From assembly GCF_004010195.1 (NCBI RefSeq), contig NC_057718.1, positions 65,533,427 to 65,553,426 of the forward strand: DNA of 20,000 bases, in the 5' to 3' direction. Position numbers and translations under genes: made by a program. The first letter of the stretch is position 1. Each line of letters opens with the position of its first letter. The notes below the pieces were generated by a model. That model saw only the letters and a program-made list of their open reading frames with translations, did not search any database and was not told where the DNA came from. Of this stretch, positions 1 through 9,925 are shown in pieces. Source of the DNA: Chiloscyllium plagiosum. Lineage: Eukaryota.

Positions 1-283
1 TATAGGGCAAGCCAAACAAAGAACAGCCAGGGAATTCCTAGAAGCATAGCACTCATCCACAAACTCCATCAACAAACACATCGACCTGGACCCAATATAC
101 CGGCCACTACAGCGGACAGCTGAAACTGACAACCGGAAGCGGCAGGGACAGGCCACTATAAATGCCGGAGGAAACACCACAGAAGCGCTTCACAGGAGGC
201 TCCCAAGCACTGAGGATGTCACCTAGACAGGGGACAAAACGTTTGCAACAAAACTTTCCAGCTCGGCGAACACAACCACAACA
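1..283 (+). mobile_element. Penelope-like retroelement 3' end: GIY-YIG endonuclease C-terminus plus pseudo-LTR with hammerhead motif
   Basis: Frame from base 2 reads IGQAKQRTAREFLEA*HSSTNSINKHIDLDPIYRPL, matching the REFLEAWHS...IN.HIDLD.IY type PLE C-terminus (TGG>TAG stop). A hammerhead-like motif follows at 207-246. Confidence 0.8.
207..246 (+). ncRNA. Degenerate minimal type I hammerhead ribozyme in PLE pseudo-LTR
   Basis: gca (stem I), CTGAGGA (210-216), gtcacct/agac/aggggac (stem II), aAAAC-GT-t, tgc (stem I). The core GAAA reads AAAA. Confidence 0.7.
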
Positions 284-425
284 GTTCAAACAATAAAGGT
301 ATTTGAGCATTTTAAAATTGTGCTTTATGTGCAACAGATGGAGGCAACTAACAGTAGTTTAATGTAATTAAACTAGGAGAGAAAAATAAGATGAACAGAG
401 TAAAATTTAGAGCAAAAGTACATGT

Positions 426-725
426 TTAGATTAAATTCCTTTATAGTGTGGAAACCGGCCATTTGGCCCAACCAGTCCACACCGACCCTCCAAAGAGTAA
501 CTCGTCCAGGCCCATTCCCCTACATTTACCCCTGACTAATGCTCCCAACAATATGGACAATTTAGTATGGTCAAAGTCACCTGACCTGCACATTTTTGGA
601 TTGTGGGAGGAAACCAGAACACTCAAACTGGGAGAATGTGCAAACTCCACACATACAGCCATCTGAGGTGGGAATTGAACCCAGGTCCCTGGCAGCAGTG
701 CTAACCACTAAGCCACAAGTGCCGC
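426..725 (-). mobile_element. HE1-like tRNA-derived SINE
   Basis: Minus strand begins gcggcacttgTGGCTTAGTGGttagc (A box) and has GGTTCAATTCC (B box). Body is homologous to 15826-16126 and 17448-17750, with a LINE-like 3' tail. Confidence 0.85.
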
Positions 726-827
726 AGTTGTGGAGATGTGCCCTAAATAAACTTGCTGTATCAGGAACAAGGTAAATGAACTGTGCGCTCAAATGCAACA
801 TGTGGGGAATAAGATGGTAGACATTAA

Positions 828-1399
828 TGGTCATGTTGCAGCTATACATGTTAGGCCACTTTTGGAATACTGCATGCAGTTCTGGCTTCTCTGCTTTGGG
901 AAAGATGTTGTGAAAGTTGTAAGGGTTCAATAAAGATCTACAAGGATGTTGCCAGGGTTGGAGGATTTGAGCTATAGGGCGAGGCTGAATAGGCTAGGAG
1001 TATTTTTACCTGGAGCGTCGGAGGCTGAGGGTGACCTTTTATCGAGGTTTTAAAAATCATGAGGGGCATGGATAGGGTAAACAGACAAGGTCTTTACCTC
1101 TGGGGGAATCCAGAGCTCGAGGGCATAGATTTAAGGTGAAAGGGGAAAGATAGAAAAAGGACCTAAGGGGTAACGTTTTCACGCAGAGAGTGGTACTTGT
1201 ATGGAATGAGCTGCAAGAGGAAGTAGTGGAGGCTGGTACAATTACAATGTTTGTAAAAGGCATATGAATAGGAAAGGCTTAAAAGGATATAGGCCCAATG
1301 CTGGCAAATAGGAGTAAAGTAATTTAGCACGTTTGTTTGGCATGGATGAGTTGGACTAGAGGGTCTGTTTCCATGCTGTACAGCTGACTCAATGACTCA
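828..1399 (+). mobile_element. CR1-clade LINE, 5'-truncated 3' fragment
   Basis: Decayed ORF2 C-terminus (RPLLEYCMQFW...RRLR) and 3' tail gggtctgtttccatgctgtaca...tgactc. Homologous to 5490-6070 and 6664-7281. Confidence 0.9.
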
Positions 1400-1451
1400 G
1401 CTCTGTGACACACGTTAGCAAAGTGAATTAAACTAGGAGCTTAACACACTA

Positions 1452-2155
1452 GTCATAGATATGTACAGCACGGAAACAGAATGCACAGTCCAATTCATCC
1501 AGATATCCTAATCTAGTCCCATTTACCAGCATTTGGCCCATATCCCTCCTAAACCCTGTTCACATACCCATGCAAACACCTTTTTAAATGCTGTAATTGT
1601 ACCAGCCTCCATCATTTTCTCTGACAGCCTATTCCATACACTGAACACCCTCTGTCTGAAAAAGTTGCCCCTTGGGTACCTTTTTATATCTTTTCCCTCT
1701 CGCCCTAAACCTTTGCCGCCTTGTTCTGGACTCCCCCACCCCCAGGGAGAAGACTTTACCTATTTATCCTACCCATGCCCCACATGATTTCATAAACTTC
1801 TATCGGGTCACCCCTCAGCCTCTGACACTCCAGGGAAAACAGCCCCAACCTATTCAACCTGTCCCTTTTTAGCTCTAATCCTCTAACCCTAGCAACAGCC
1901 TTTACTCAGCCCTTTCAAGTTTCACAAAATCCTTCTGATAGGAGGGAGACCAGAATTGCATGCATTATGCCAAAAGTGGCCTAACCAATGCCCTGTACAG
2001 CTGCAACATGACCTCCCAACTCCTGTACTCTTTACTCTGACCAATAAAGGAAAGCATACTGCCTTCGCTATCCTATTTTCCTGCAACTCTATTTTCAAGG
2101 ATCTATGAACCTGCACTCCAATGTCTTTTTGTTTGGCAGCATTCCCCAGGACTTT
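1452..2155 (-). mobile_element. CR1-clade LINE 3' fragment (antisense)
   Basis: Reverse complement of the same ORF2 end and tail (agtcatagatatgtacagcacggaaacag...). Minus ORF 1922-2116 begins VQVHRSLK (GTG start). Confidence 0.9.
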
Positions 2156-2559
2156 ATCAAACTCCTATTGACATTTGCCTTTGTGTATATGTCAGCTGAT
2201 ATGTAGCATTGCAATTTTGATGGGAACTTTTAATTTTTTTTATTTGTGGTTTGCAACGCGTCTGAATACATGCCTTGAAAGGGATGAATTTGCTGTGTCT
2301 GGAAGATTTTCTGCAGCAACACATCCTCGAGCCAAATTTAGTCAATAGCTGAATGGAGCAGGAACATTTACCTGATAATTATAAGGATATGATTAAACAA
2401 GACAATTGACCTGCCTCCGTCTTGTTCTGTGTACTTTCCTTTATTTGCTGGGTTGATCTTTCTGCCTTCCATTTGTTTCTGCATGTTGCATTTGAATAGT
2501 GTGAATTAAGTAATTCACATTAAGCAATTTGCACCTGACTTGGGCACAACCCTTGTTTC

Positions 2560-2781
2560 TTCACTGCCCATACTAATGTTTAGCTGTTTCATTGTGAAAA
2601 CTTCTGTTATTTTAATTTACCCTGGCCTCTACTTTGGCACATTTTCTACTTTTGTTCTTTTTGTGCTCTCTCCTCCACTACTGCCTTAAATCTTGAATTT
2701 GTATTTCTGTTCATTTCTGATGAAAGACCATTAATCTGAACTCTGCAGAGAAACAGATTCTAGTTGATCTGAATTTTCCCA
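2560..2781 (+). mobile_element. Old PLE pseudo-LTR remnant with decayed hammerhead
   Basis: Pyrimidine-rich tract, then ttCTGATGAaagaccattaatctGAActct (core 2717-2723) and a decayed cagat...gatctg motif. Same layout as 7903-7999. Confidence 0.5.
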
Positions 2782-2814
2782 CCCTTTAGTTGTTTGGAAG
2801 CAGGAAGCATGAAA

Positions 2815-3575
2815 CAATGACTAAGATTCCTGATTTAAGTAAAGCTAACTTTGGTGGGATGAAAGAAGTCCTGTCTGCAGTAAAGTGGGCAACACTTACT
2901 GGTAGTGATGTTAAATAATGGGAAGTGTTCTAAAGAAAATTTTAGTATTAGTAAAAATTCACTACCCTTGAGTGCAAACACCTGTCAAAAAGATAGCCAC
3001 AGCAAGTCAGAATAAAACTTCAAATTACAACTGTAGAAATGCAACAGCACAGATACTCAAAGATACAAAGAATTGCCAAGGTGACAAAATAAATTCAGCT
3101 CCACAAAGAGATTTGCACTGAATATTGGAATTATTATACCCAAATGGAATACTCCTCTTTTCATGGAGAGAACTGGAATTCCAGTGGAGGTAAAATGTCA
3201 TGCTTCAATAGTACAAAACTCTGGTTAACACCTACATCAGGTATTCAGAGCACTGCTGAGCACTACACCTTAAAACGGATGTATTGGCCTTAAATGGAGT
3301 GCAACATTTATTTAGCCAAATGATGCCTAGATTGCTAGGGTTAAATTGAGAAGGCAAAGTTGGTTGTAGATAAGATAAAGAGGTAAATTGACTCAATCTT
3401 GCAGAATATTAAGGGGAGCAGAACAGAGAATTTGGGACAAAGTCTTTCTGTTGGTTAAGGAGTCTTGAACTACAGCATACTGTCTGAGGACTAGAACCAA
3501 GCCTTTCAAGAGTAAAGTTAAGAAATACAATTGCACACAGAACCTTTTCACGTATCGAACACCCTTCCAGTAATG
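2815..3575 (+). mobile_element. Ancient, internally deleted CR1-clade LINE
   Basis: KIPDLSKANFGGMKEVLSAVKW resembles the CR1 post-endonuclease linker. 3190-3340 resembles the decayed ORF2 C-terminus (gtcatgcttcaatagtacaaaactctggtt...ggatgtattggcctt...ggagtgcaac). Confidence 0.6.
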
Positions 3576-3649
3576 GCAGGATCTAAAAGTTGAAGTTCTG
3601 AATTGGAGGAAGGCTAATTTTGACTGTATTAGGCAAGAGCTTTCAAAAG

Positions 3650-3812
3650 GAGAAAGTGAGGGCTGCAGATGCTAAAGATCAGAGTCAAGAGTGTGGTGCT
3701 GGAAAAGCGCAGCAGGTCAGGCAGCATCCAAGGAGCAGGAGAAAAGATGTTTCAGGCATAAACCTCATGAAGGGCTTATGTCTGAAATGTCAATTCTCCT
3801 GCTCCTTGATGT
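3650..3812. mobile_element. Short non-autonomous PLE/retrozyme-like palindromic insert with 15-bp TSD
   Basis: Flanked by aagagctttcaaaag (3635-3649) and aagaactttcaaaag (3813-3827). Inverted repeat 3725-3811 is centred on tcatga, with a hammerhead stem II and GAAA on both strands. Confidence 0.8.
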
Positions 3813-4606
3813 AAGAACTTTCAAAAGTTAATTGGGGGCAGATGTTCACAGATAAAGGAACGGCTATAAAATGGGAAGCCTTCAGAAATGAGATAACGAG
3901 CATCCCCAGAGACAGTATATTCTTGTTTGGGTGAAAGGAGAGGCTGGTAGGTGCAGGGAATGCTGGATGACCAGAGATGTTAGGTTTTAGTCAAGGAAAA
4001 GAAGGAAGCATATATCAGGTATAGACAGGATAGATTGAGTGAATCTTTAGAGTGTAAAGGCAGTAGGATTATACTGAAGAGGGAAATCAGGAGGGCAAAA
4101 AGGGGACATGAGATAGCTTTGGCAAATAGGGTTAAGGAGAATCCAAAGAGATTTTATAAACACATTTTAAGGACAAGAGGGCAACTATGGGTAGAATAGG
4201 GTCCCTCAAAGATCAGTAAGGCAGCCTATGTGTGGAGCCACAGGAGATGGGGGAGATACGAAACTAGTATTTTGTATCCATGTTTACTGAGCAAGATATA
4301 GAATGTGGAGAAATAGATGGTGACATCTTGAAAAATGTCCATATTACAGAGGAGGATGTGCTGGATGTCTTGAAATGCATAGACATGGATAAATCCCCAG
4401 GACCTGATCAGATGTACACTAGAACTCTGGGAAGCTAACGAAGTGACTGCTGGGTCCCTTGCTGAGATAGTTGTATCATCGATAGTCACAGATGAGGTGC
4501 CAGAAAACTGAAGGTTAGCTAACATGGTGCCATTATTTAAGAAAGATGTTAAAGAAAAGCCAGGGAACTATAGACAGGTGAGCCTGATGTCAGTGGTGGA
4601 CAAGTA

Positions 4607-4717
4607 CGGGGAGAATGCGGGTAAGTGGAGTTGAGATGCCCATCAGCCATGATTGAATGGCGGAGTGGACTCAATGGGCCGAATGGCTTTACTTCCGCTC
4701 CTATGGCTTATGGTCTT
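4607..4717 (+). mobile_element. 3' tail of a second CR1-clade family nested in the LINE
   Basis: Interrupts the SVV(G)K|LEGILRD motif and is flanked by aagta (4602-4606, 4718-4722). Similar to the reverse complement of the tail at 10423-10515. Confidence 0.8.
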
Positions 4718-6139
4718 AAGTAGTTGGAGGGAATCCTGAGGGACAGGAATTACATGTATTTGGAAAGGCAAGGATTGATTAGGGATAGGCAATATGGTTT
4801 TGTGCATGGAAAATCATGCCTCACAAACTTGATTGGGTTTTTTGAAGAAGCAACAAAGGATTGATGAGGGTAGAGTGGTGGACGTGATCTATATGTACTT
4901 CAGTAGGGCATTCGACAAGGTTCCCCGTGGGAGACTGATATTAGCAAGGTTAGATCACATGGAATACAGGGAAACCTAGCCATTTCGATACTGAACAGAT
5001 TGAAGGTAGAAGACAGAGGATGGTGTTGGAGGGTTGCTTTTCAGACTGGAGGCCTGTGACCAGTGGAGTGCCACAAGGATCACTGCTGGGTCCACTACTT
5101 TTCATCATTTTATATAAATGATTTGGATGTGAGCATAAGAGGTTATAGTTGGTAAGTTTGCAGATGACACCAAAATTGGAAATGTAGTGGACAGTGAAGA
5201 AGGTTACCTCAGATTACAATGGGATCTTGATCAGGTGGACCAATTGGTTGAGGAGTGGCAGATGGAGTTTAATTTCGATAAATGTGAGGTGCTGCATTTT
5301 GGAAAAATCAAATCTTAGCAGGACTTATACACTTAATGGTAAGGTCCTGGGGAGTGTTGTTGAACAAAGAGACCTTGGAGTGCAGGTTCATAATTCCTTG
5401 AAAGTAGAGTCACAGCTAGACAGGACAGTGAAGAAGGCGTTTGGTATGCTTTCCTTTATTGATTAGAGTATTGAGTACATGAGTTGGGAGGTCATGTTGC
5501 GGCTGTACAGGGACATTGGTTAGGCCACTTTTGGAATATTGCATGTGAATCTGGTCTCCATCCAATTGGACAGATGTTGTAAAACATGAAAGGGTTCAGA
5601 AAAGGTTTACAAAGATGTTGCCAGGGTTGGAGGGATATGAGCTATAGGGAGAGGCTCAATAGGCCAGGGCTGTTCTGCCTGGAGTGTCGGAAGCTGAGGG
5701 GTGACCTTTTACAATGGTTGATAAAGTCATGTGGGGGCATTGATAGGATAAATAGACAGTCTTTTTCCTGCGGTGGTTGAGTCCAGAACTGGAAGGCATA
5801 GGTTTAGGTGAGAGGGAAAAAATTTAAAAGGGACCTAAGTGGCAACATTCTCACAGAGGGTGATGTCTGTACGGAATGAGCTGTCAGAGGAAGTGGTGGA
5901 GGCTGGTACAATTGCAACATTTAAAAGGCATCTGGATGGGTATATGAATAGGAAGGGTTTGGAGCAATATGGGCCAAGTGCTGGAAAATGGAGTAGATTA
6001 GGTTAGGATATCTGATCGGCATAGACGAGTTGGTCCGAAGGGTCTGTTTTCGTGCTGTACATCTGACTCTAAATTAGTGATGAATTAATTTAAAATTGAG
6101 ATGGATATTAAAGGATATGGGGAAAGGTGATATATGGAG

Positions 6140-6663
6140 TAGTGATGCAGTCATCAAAACAGGATCTTCTGTCCACCAAGACTATGTCGACCCAGAAGCA
6201 CCAAACTCTGTTAATCCAATTTACCTATACTTGGTACATAGCCTTCTACGCCTGGGCATTTTCAGTACTCCTCCAGCTGCTGCTTTAATGTTGCAGGAGT
6301 ACCTGCCTCCACCCTCTCAGGCAACATGTTCCATATCTGCCGCACTCTGGTTGGAAAAACAATTGTTCGGATCTCCCCAAACCACTTGCTCCTTGCCTTT
6401 TTAAACTTTGCCTTCTGGTCTTGCACATGTCTGCCGTGGGGAAGATTAACTCCTGTCTATGCTTATAATTTTCTATACCTCCATCAAGTTCCACCCCCAC
6501 TTCCCCAACCTCCTCAACATTTTCTGCTCCAACGAAAAGAAACACAGCCTATCCAGTCTCCTCCTCCCGTGTTAACACTTTTTATCCCAGGCAACGTTCT
6601 AGTGAATCTACGCTGCACCCTCTAATACAATGACATTCTTCTGATAGCATGGGAACCAGAACT
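6140..6663 (-). mobile_element. Older CR1-clade LINE (antisense), segment 1
   Basis: Decayed reverse-complement 3' region (cccaggcaacgttctagtgaatctacgctgcaccctct...gggaaccagaact). Left boundary is approximate. Confidence 0.75.
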
Positions 6664-7281
6664 TTTGTTGGTCAGAGTATTGAGTACATGAGTTGGGAGG
6701 TCATGTTGCGGCTGTACAGGACTTTGGTTAGGCCACTGTTGGAATATTGCAAGCAATTCTGGTCTCCTTCCTATCGGAAGGATGTTGTGAAACTTGAAAG
6801 GGCTCAGAAAAGATTTACGAGGATGTTGCCAGGGTTGGAGGATTTGAGCTATAGGGAGAGGCTGAACAGGCTGGGGCTGTTTTCCCTGGTACGTCGGAGG
6901 CTGAGGGGTGACCTCTATAGGGGTTTACAAAATTGAGGGGCATGGATAGGGTAAATAGGAAAAGTCTTTTCCCTGGGGTCGGGTAGTCCAGAACTAGAGG
7001 GCATAGGTTTAGGGTGAGAGGGGAAAGATCTAAAAGAGACCTAAGGGGCAACTTTTTCATGCAGAGTGTGGTATGAGTATGGGATGAGCTGCCAGAGGAA
7101 GTGGTGGAGGCTAGTACAATTGCAGCATTTAAGAGGGATTTGGATGGGTATATGAATGGGAAGGGTTTGGAGGGATATGGGCTGGCAGGTGGGGCTAGAT
7201 AGGGTCGAGCTACCTGGTCGGCGTGGACGAGTTGGACTGAAGGGTTTGTTTCCATGCTGTACATCTCTATGATTCTATGAC
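6664..7281 (+). mobile_element. Younger CR1-clade LINE 3' fragment
   Basis: ORF reads FVGQSIEYMSWEVMLRLYRTLVRPLLEYCKQFWSPSYRKDVVKLERAQKRFTRMLPGL...RRRLRGDL. Intact tail ctatgattctatgact. Confidence 0.95.
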
Positions 7282-7562
7282 TTCCTTGCTTCTATATTCA
7301 GTGTCCTGGCTAATGAAGTGCATCTTCTTGTATGATCCCTTCACTCTGGTTAATTGTGCTGATACCTTCAGGGATCTATGGACTTGTACACCAAGGTCCC
7401 TCTGTTCCTCAGTACTTCCTCGGGACCTACACTTCATTGTGTATATCTTTCCTTTATTAGATGTCCCAAAATGCATCACTCCTCTCTTATCCGGATTAAA
7501 TTCAATCTGACATTGCTTTGCCCAATTTACCAGCTGTTCAATATCTGACTGGAGCCTGAGAC
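7277..7562 (-). mobile_element. Older CR1-clade LINE (antisense), segment 2
   Basis: Minus ORF LQSDIEQLVNWAKQCQIEFNPDKRGVMHFG...EQRDLGVQVHRSLK...EYRSKEV. Confidence 0.9.
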
Positions 7563-7653
7563 TCAAAGAACTGTGGATGTAGGAAATGAGAAACAAAAAC
7601 AAATTAGTGGAAAGTTCCAGCAGGTCTGGCAGCATCTGTGAAGAGATGTCTAA

Positions 7654-7690
7654 GTTTACATTTCAGGTTGAGTTACACTTCCTCAGAACT
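7654..7690 (-). ncRNA. Minimal type I hammerhead-like motif (left arm)
   Basis: Minus strand reads agtt CTGAGGA agtgtaactcaacct GAAA tg TA aact. Confidence 0.6.
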
Positions 7691-7902
7691 CTAGGTATGA
7701 ACACCTTTGAAGTGCTGCTCCTCTCTCTGACCGGATTTCTCTTCCAATCATTTTCCTTGTCCACCGTCCTTAATTTCATTATTGTTCCTGGTGTTCAACC
7801 AAGGTATTTGATAAAACTCTCTTCCACAGCCCATATTGCATTCCTCAGTTATTGTCTCCACCTCAGATTCATCCCATATAGTTTACAACTTCAGTTTCAC
7901 AA

Positions 7903-7938
7903 AGTTCTGAGGAAGTCAGTTGACCTGAAACATTAACT
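7903..7938 (+). ncRNA. Minimal type I hammerhead-like motif (right arm)
   Basis: agtt CTGAGGA (7907-7913) a gtca gt tgac ct GAAA (7927-7930) ca TT aact. Confidence 0.6.
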
Positions 7939-8009
7939 CTGATTTTTCAACATAGCTGCTGCCAGATCTGCTGAGTTTTTCTATCAATTTTATTTTTGTA
8001 GCCTGAGAC

Positions 8010-8365
8010 CATTCTCTTCACTCCACTTCAGTTTTCATGCCATCTGCCAACTTATAATTACACTTTCCACATTCAAATTCCTGGAATTCCAATCTGCAAG
8101 GAATTGTGGGTCAACCTACAGCGTGTGGACTGCAGTGGTTCAAGAAGGCAGCTCACCACCATCACCACCTTAAGGCACCTAAGGACAGGCAGTAAATGCT
8201 GGCCAGCCAATACTGACCATCCTGATCAATTCCTTTCCAAGCATTGATGAATTCTTCTTTGAGAAATTTTTCCAATAATTTCCCTACCATTGACGTCAGA
8301 CTAGGTAGTCTGTGTAATTACCTGGCCTGTCCCTGTTTTCTTTTTTGAACAAAGGATGAATGACC
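8010..8365 (-). mobile_element. Older CR1-clade LINE (antisense), segments 3-4, internally deleted and interrupted
   Basis: Minus strand gives KLADGMK (decayed KFADDTK) at ~8035-8055, and PLFKKENRDRPGNY...LTSMVGKLLEK at ~8265-8360. Confidence 0.75.
8079..8221 (+). mobile_element. 3' end of another shark LINE family
   Basis: tggactgcagtggttcaagaaggcagctcaccacc...aaatgctggccagcc matches my recall of a common elasmobranch LINE 3' end. A decayed relative is at 15510-15748. Confidence 0.6.
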
Positions 8366-9129
8366 CCTAGACTGCTAACTGTTTTGATCCTGTTAGCCGT
8401 GATCTTAACCAGGCTCAGGAGGTGGCTAACCAGGAGTGGTCTTGTGTTTCTACATACTTGATTCCAATTATGAACATGCATCACTGTGTTTCCTTTTTTT
8501 TAAGTTGTATACTTCGAGGAAATGTTGCTGGAGCCTTTGCTTTTGAACTGGGGTCATTTTATATTTCTCATTCAAGGTCTCTGTATTGATTGAGGTTAAT
8601 TATAATTTGTTTTCAGGGCCAAGCACTTGTTGAGACAGTTTTTTTTTTCTTGCCATTTTTTTTTTCTCTTTTAGGTGCTGAATATTAACAGGTATATCAA
8701 CAGCACTCCAGTACTTTTCCCAGATGGTCATTTAACTTGTCACAAGTGCCCAACATTGAATACCTGTTGGATGATTTGTGTAGCCATCACAGTCACTTGA
8801 TCCTGAGTATTCACTTGCACACCTTTCAATGTTCTGCTGGCATGTGATGGAAATTGAAAATGTTACATTGCTTTGCCTACCTTCTGGCCTTTTTCTAGTT
8901 CAAAGGAGTCCTACTTGACCTACTTTTACTGCTTCAGCTGCTTATCACTTTTTATATTGCTTATTGTGAAATATAGTTTGCCCATGCTTCTGTGAAGCAT
9001 CTATGTTTGACTGTTAAAGTTGCTCTACAAATACAAGTTGTTGCTTGTTTATGTCCATGTCATTAAACTGTTTTGAAAACTGAGCTTTGCATCATCAAGT
9101 CAGCATGAATCATGTACTTTTGAAGGTAA

Positions 9130-9447
<318 letters not shown>

Positions 9448-9559
9448 TGAGAGTAACCATATCTTTTTAATGTATTATTTGTTGTTTTATCTATATGATT
9501 AAACATTTGATACAAAAGATTTCCATGACACAGGTTTGTTTTTCATTACTTATGGAGCA

Positions 9560-9593
9560 CCAATAAAATCATCATGTCTGATGATTTTATTGG
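9560..9593. repeat. Perfect 15-bp inverted repeat with 4-nt loop
   Basis: ccaataaaatcatca-tgtc-tgatgattttattgg. Confidence 0.95.
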
Positions 9594-9605
9594 AATAACT
9601 TCTAG

Positions 9606-9925
9606 ACTAGATTCTCCAAAGGCTTGTGGATCTCCAGAGTACCAACAATTTATAAAGGTGATTTGGACTGAACCTTTTATCTTCGGAAGGAGAAAGCTGT
9701 GGAGAAACGTGATAGATATCTTTAAAATCAGAAAGGGTTTTAGAGTATAAACCTAGAGGTGTTTTCATTTGCAGGGTTGTCCAAAAACTAGAGGCTCTGA
9801 ATATAAAATAATCACGAGTGAATTCAATATGGAATTCTGGAGAAACAGTGGCAAGAATGTAAGGGTTTGCTACCACAAGGAATGTTCGAGGTGGATAGCA
9901 TTCATGCACTTAGTTGTAAACATGG
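9606..9925 (+). mobile_element. Ancient CR1-clade 3' fragment
   Basis: ggagaaagctgtggagaaacgtgatagatatctttaaaatcagaaagggtttt resembles RRLRGDLIEVFKIMKGF, followed by ccaaaaactagagg. Confidence 0.6.

Larger units (their letters stand above)
3583..6070 (+). mobile_element. CR1-clade LINE, ~2.5 kb 5'-truncated ORF2 (reverse transcriptase pseudogene) with two nested insertions
   Basis: Motifs [58 protein letters not shown] and KFADDTK (5154-5174). Many frameshifts and stops; CR1 3' tail at ~6040-6070. Confidence 0.95.
7563..7999. mobile_element. PLE-derived element with inverted hammerhead-bearing arms and 10-bp TSD
   Basis: TSD agcctgagac (7553-7562, 8000-8009). Arms ~7592-7690 and 7903-7999 are imperfect inverted repeats, each with agtt-CTGAGGA...GAAA...aact. 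The interior encodes HIAFLSYCLHLRFIPYSLQLQFH, similar to the PLE N-terminal H..FL..C....IP.G motif. Confidence 0.8.

Noticed and set aside
9578..9584. CTGATGA as a hammerhead core or snoRNA C box
   Set aside because: No stem II plus GAAA follows and there is no suitable D box with terminal stem. It is part of the palindrome.
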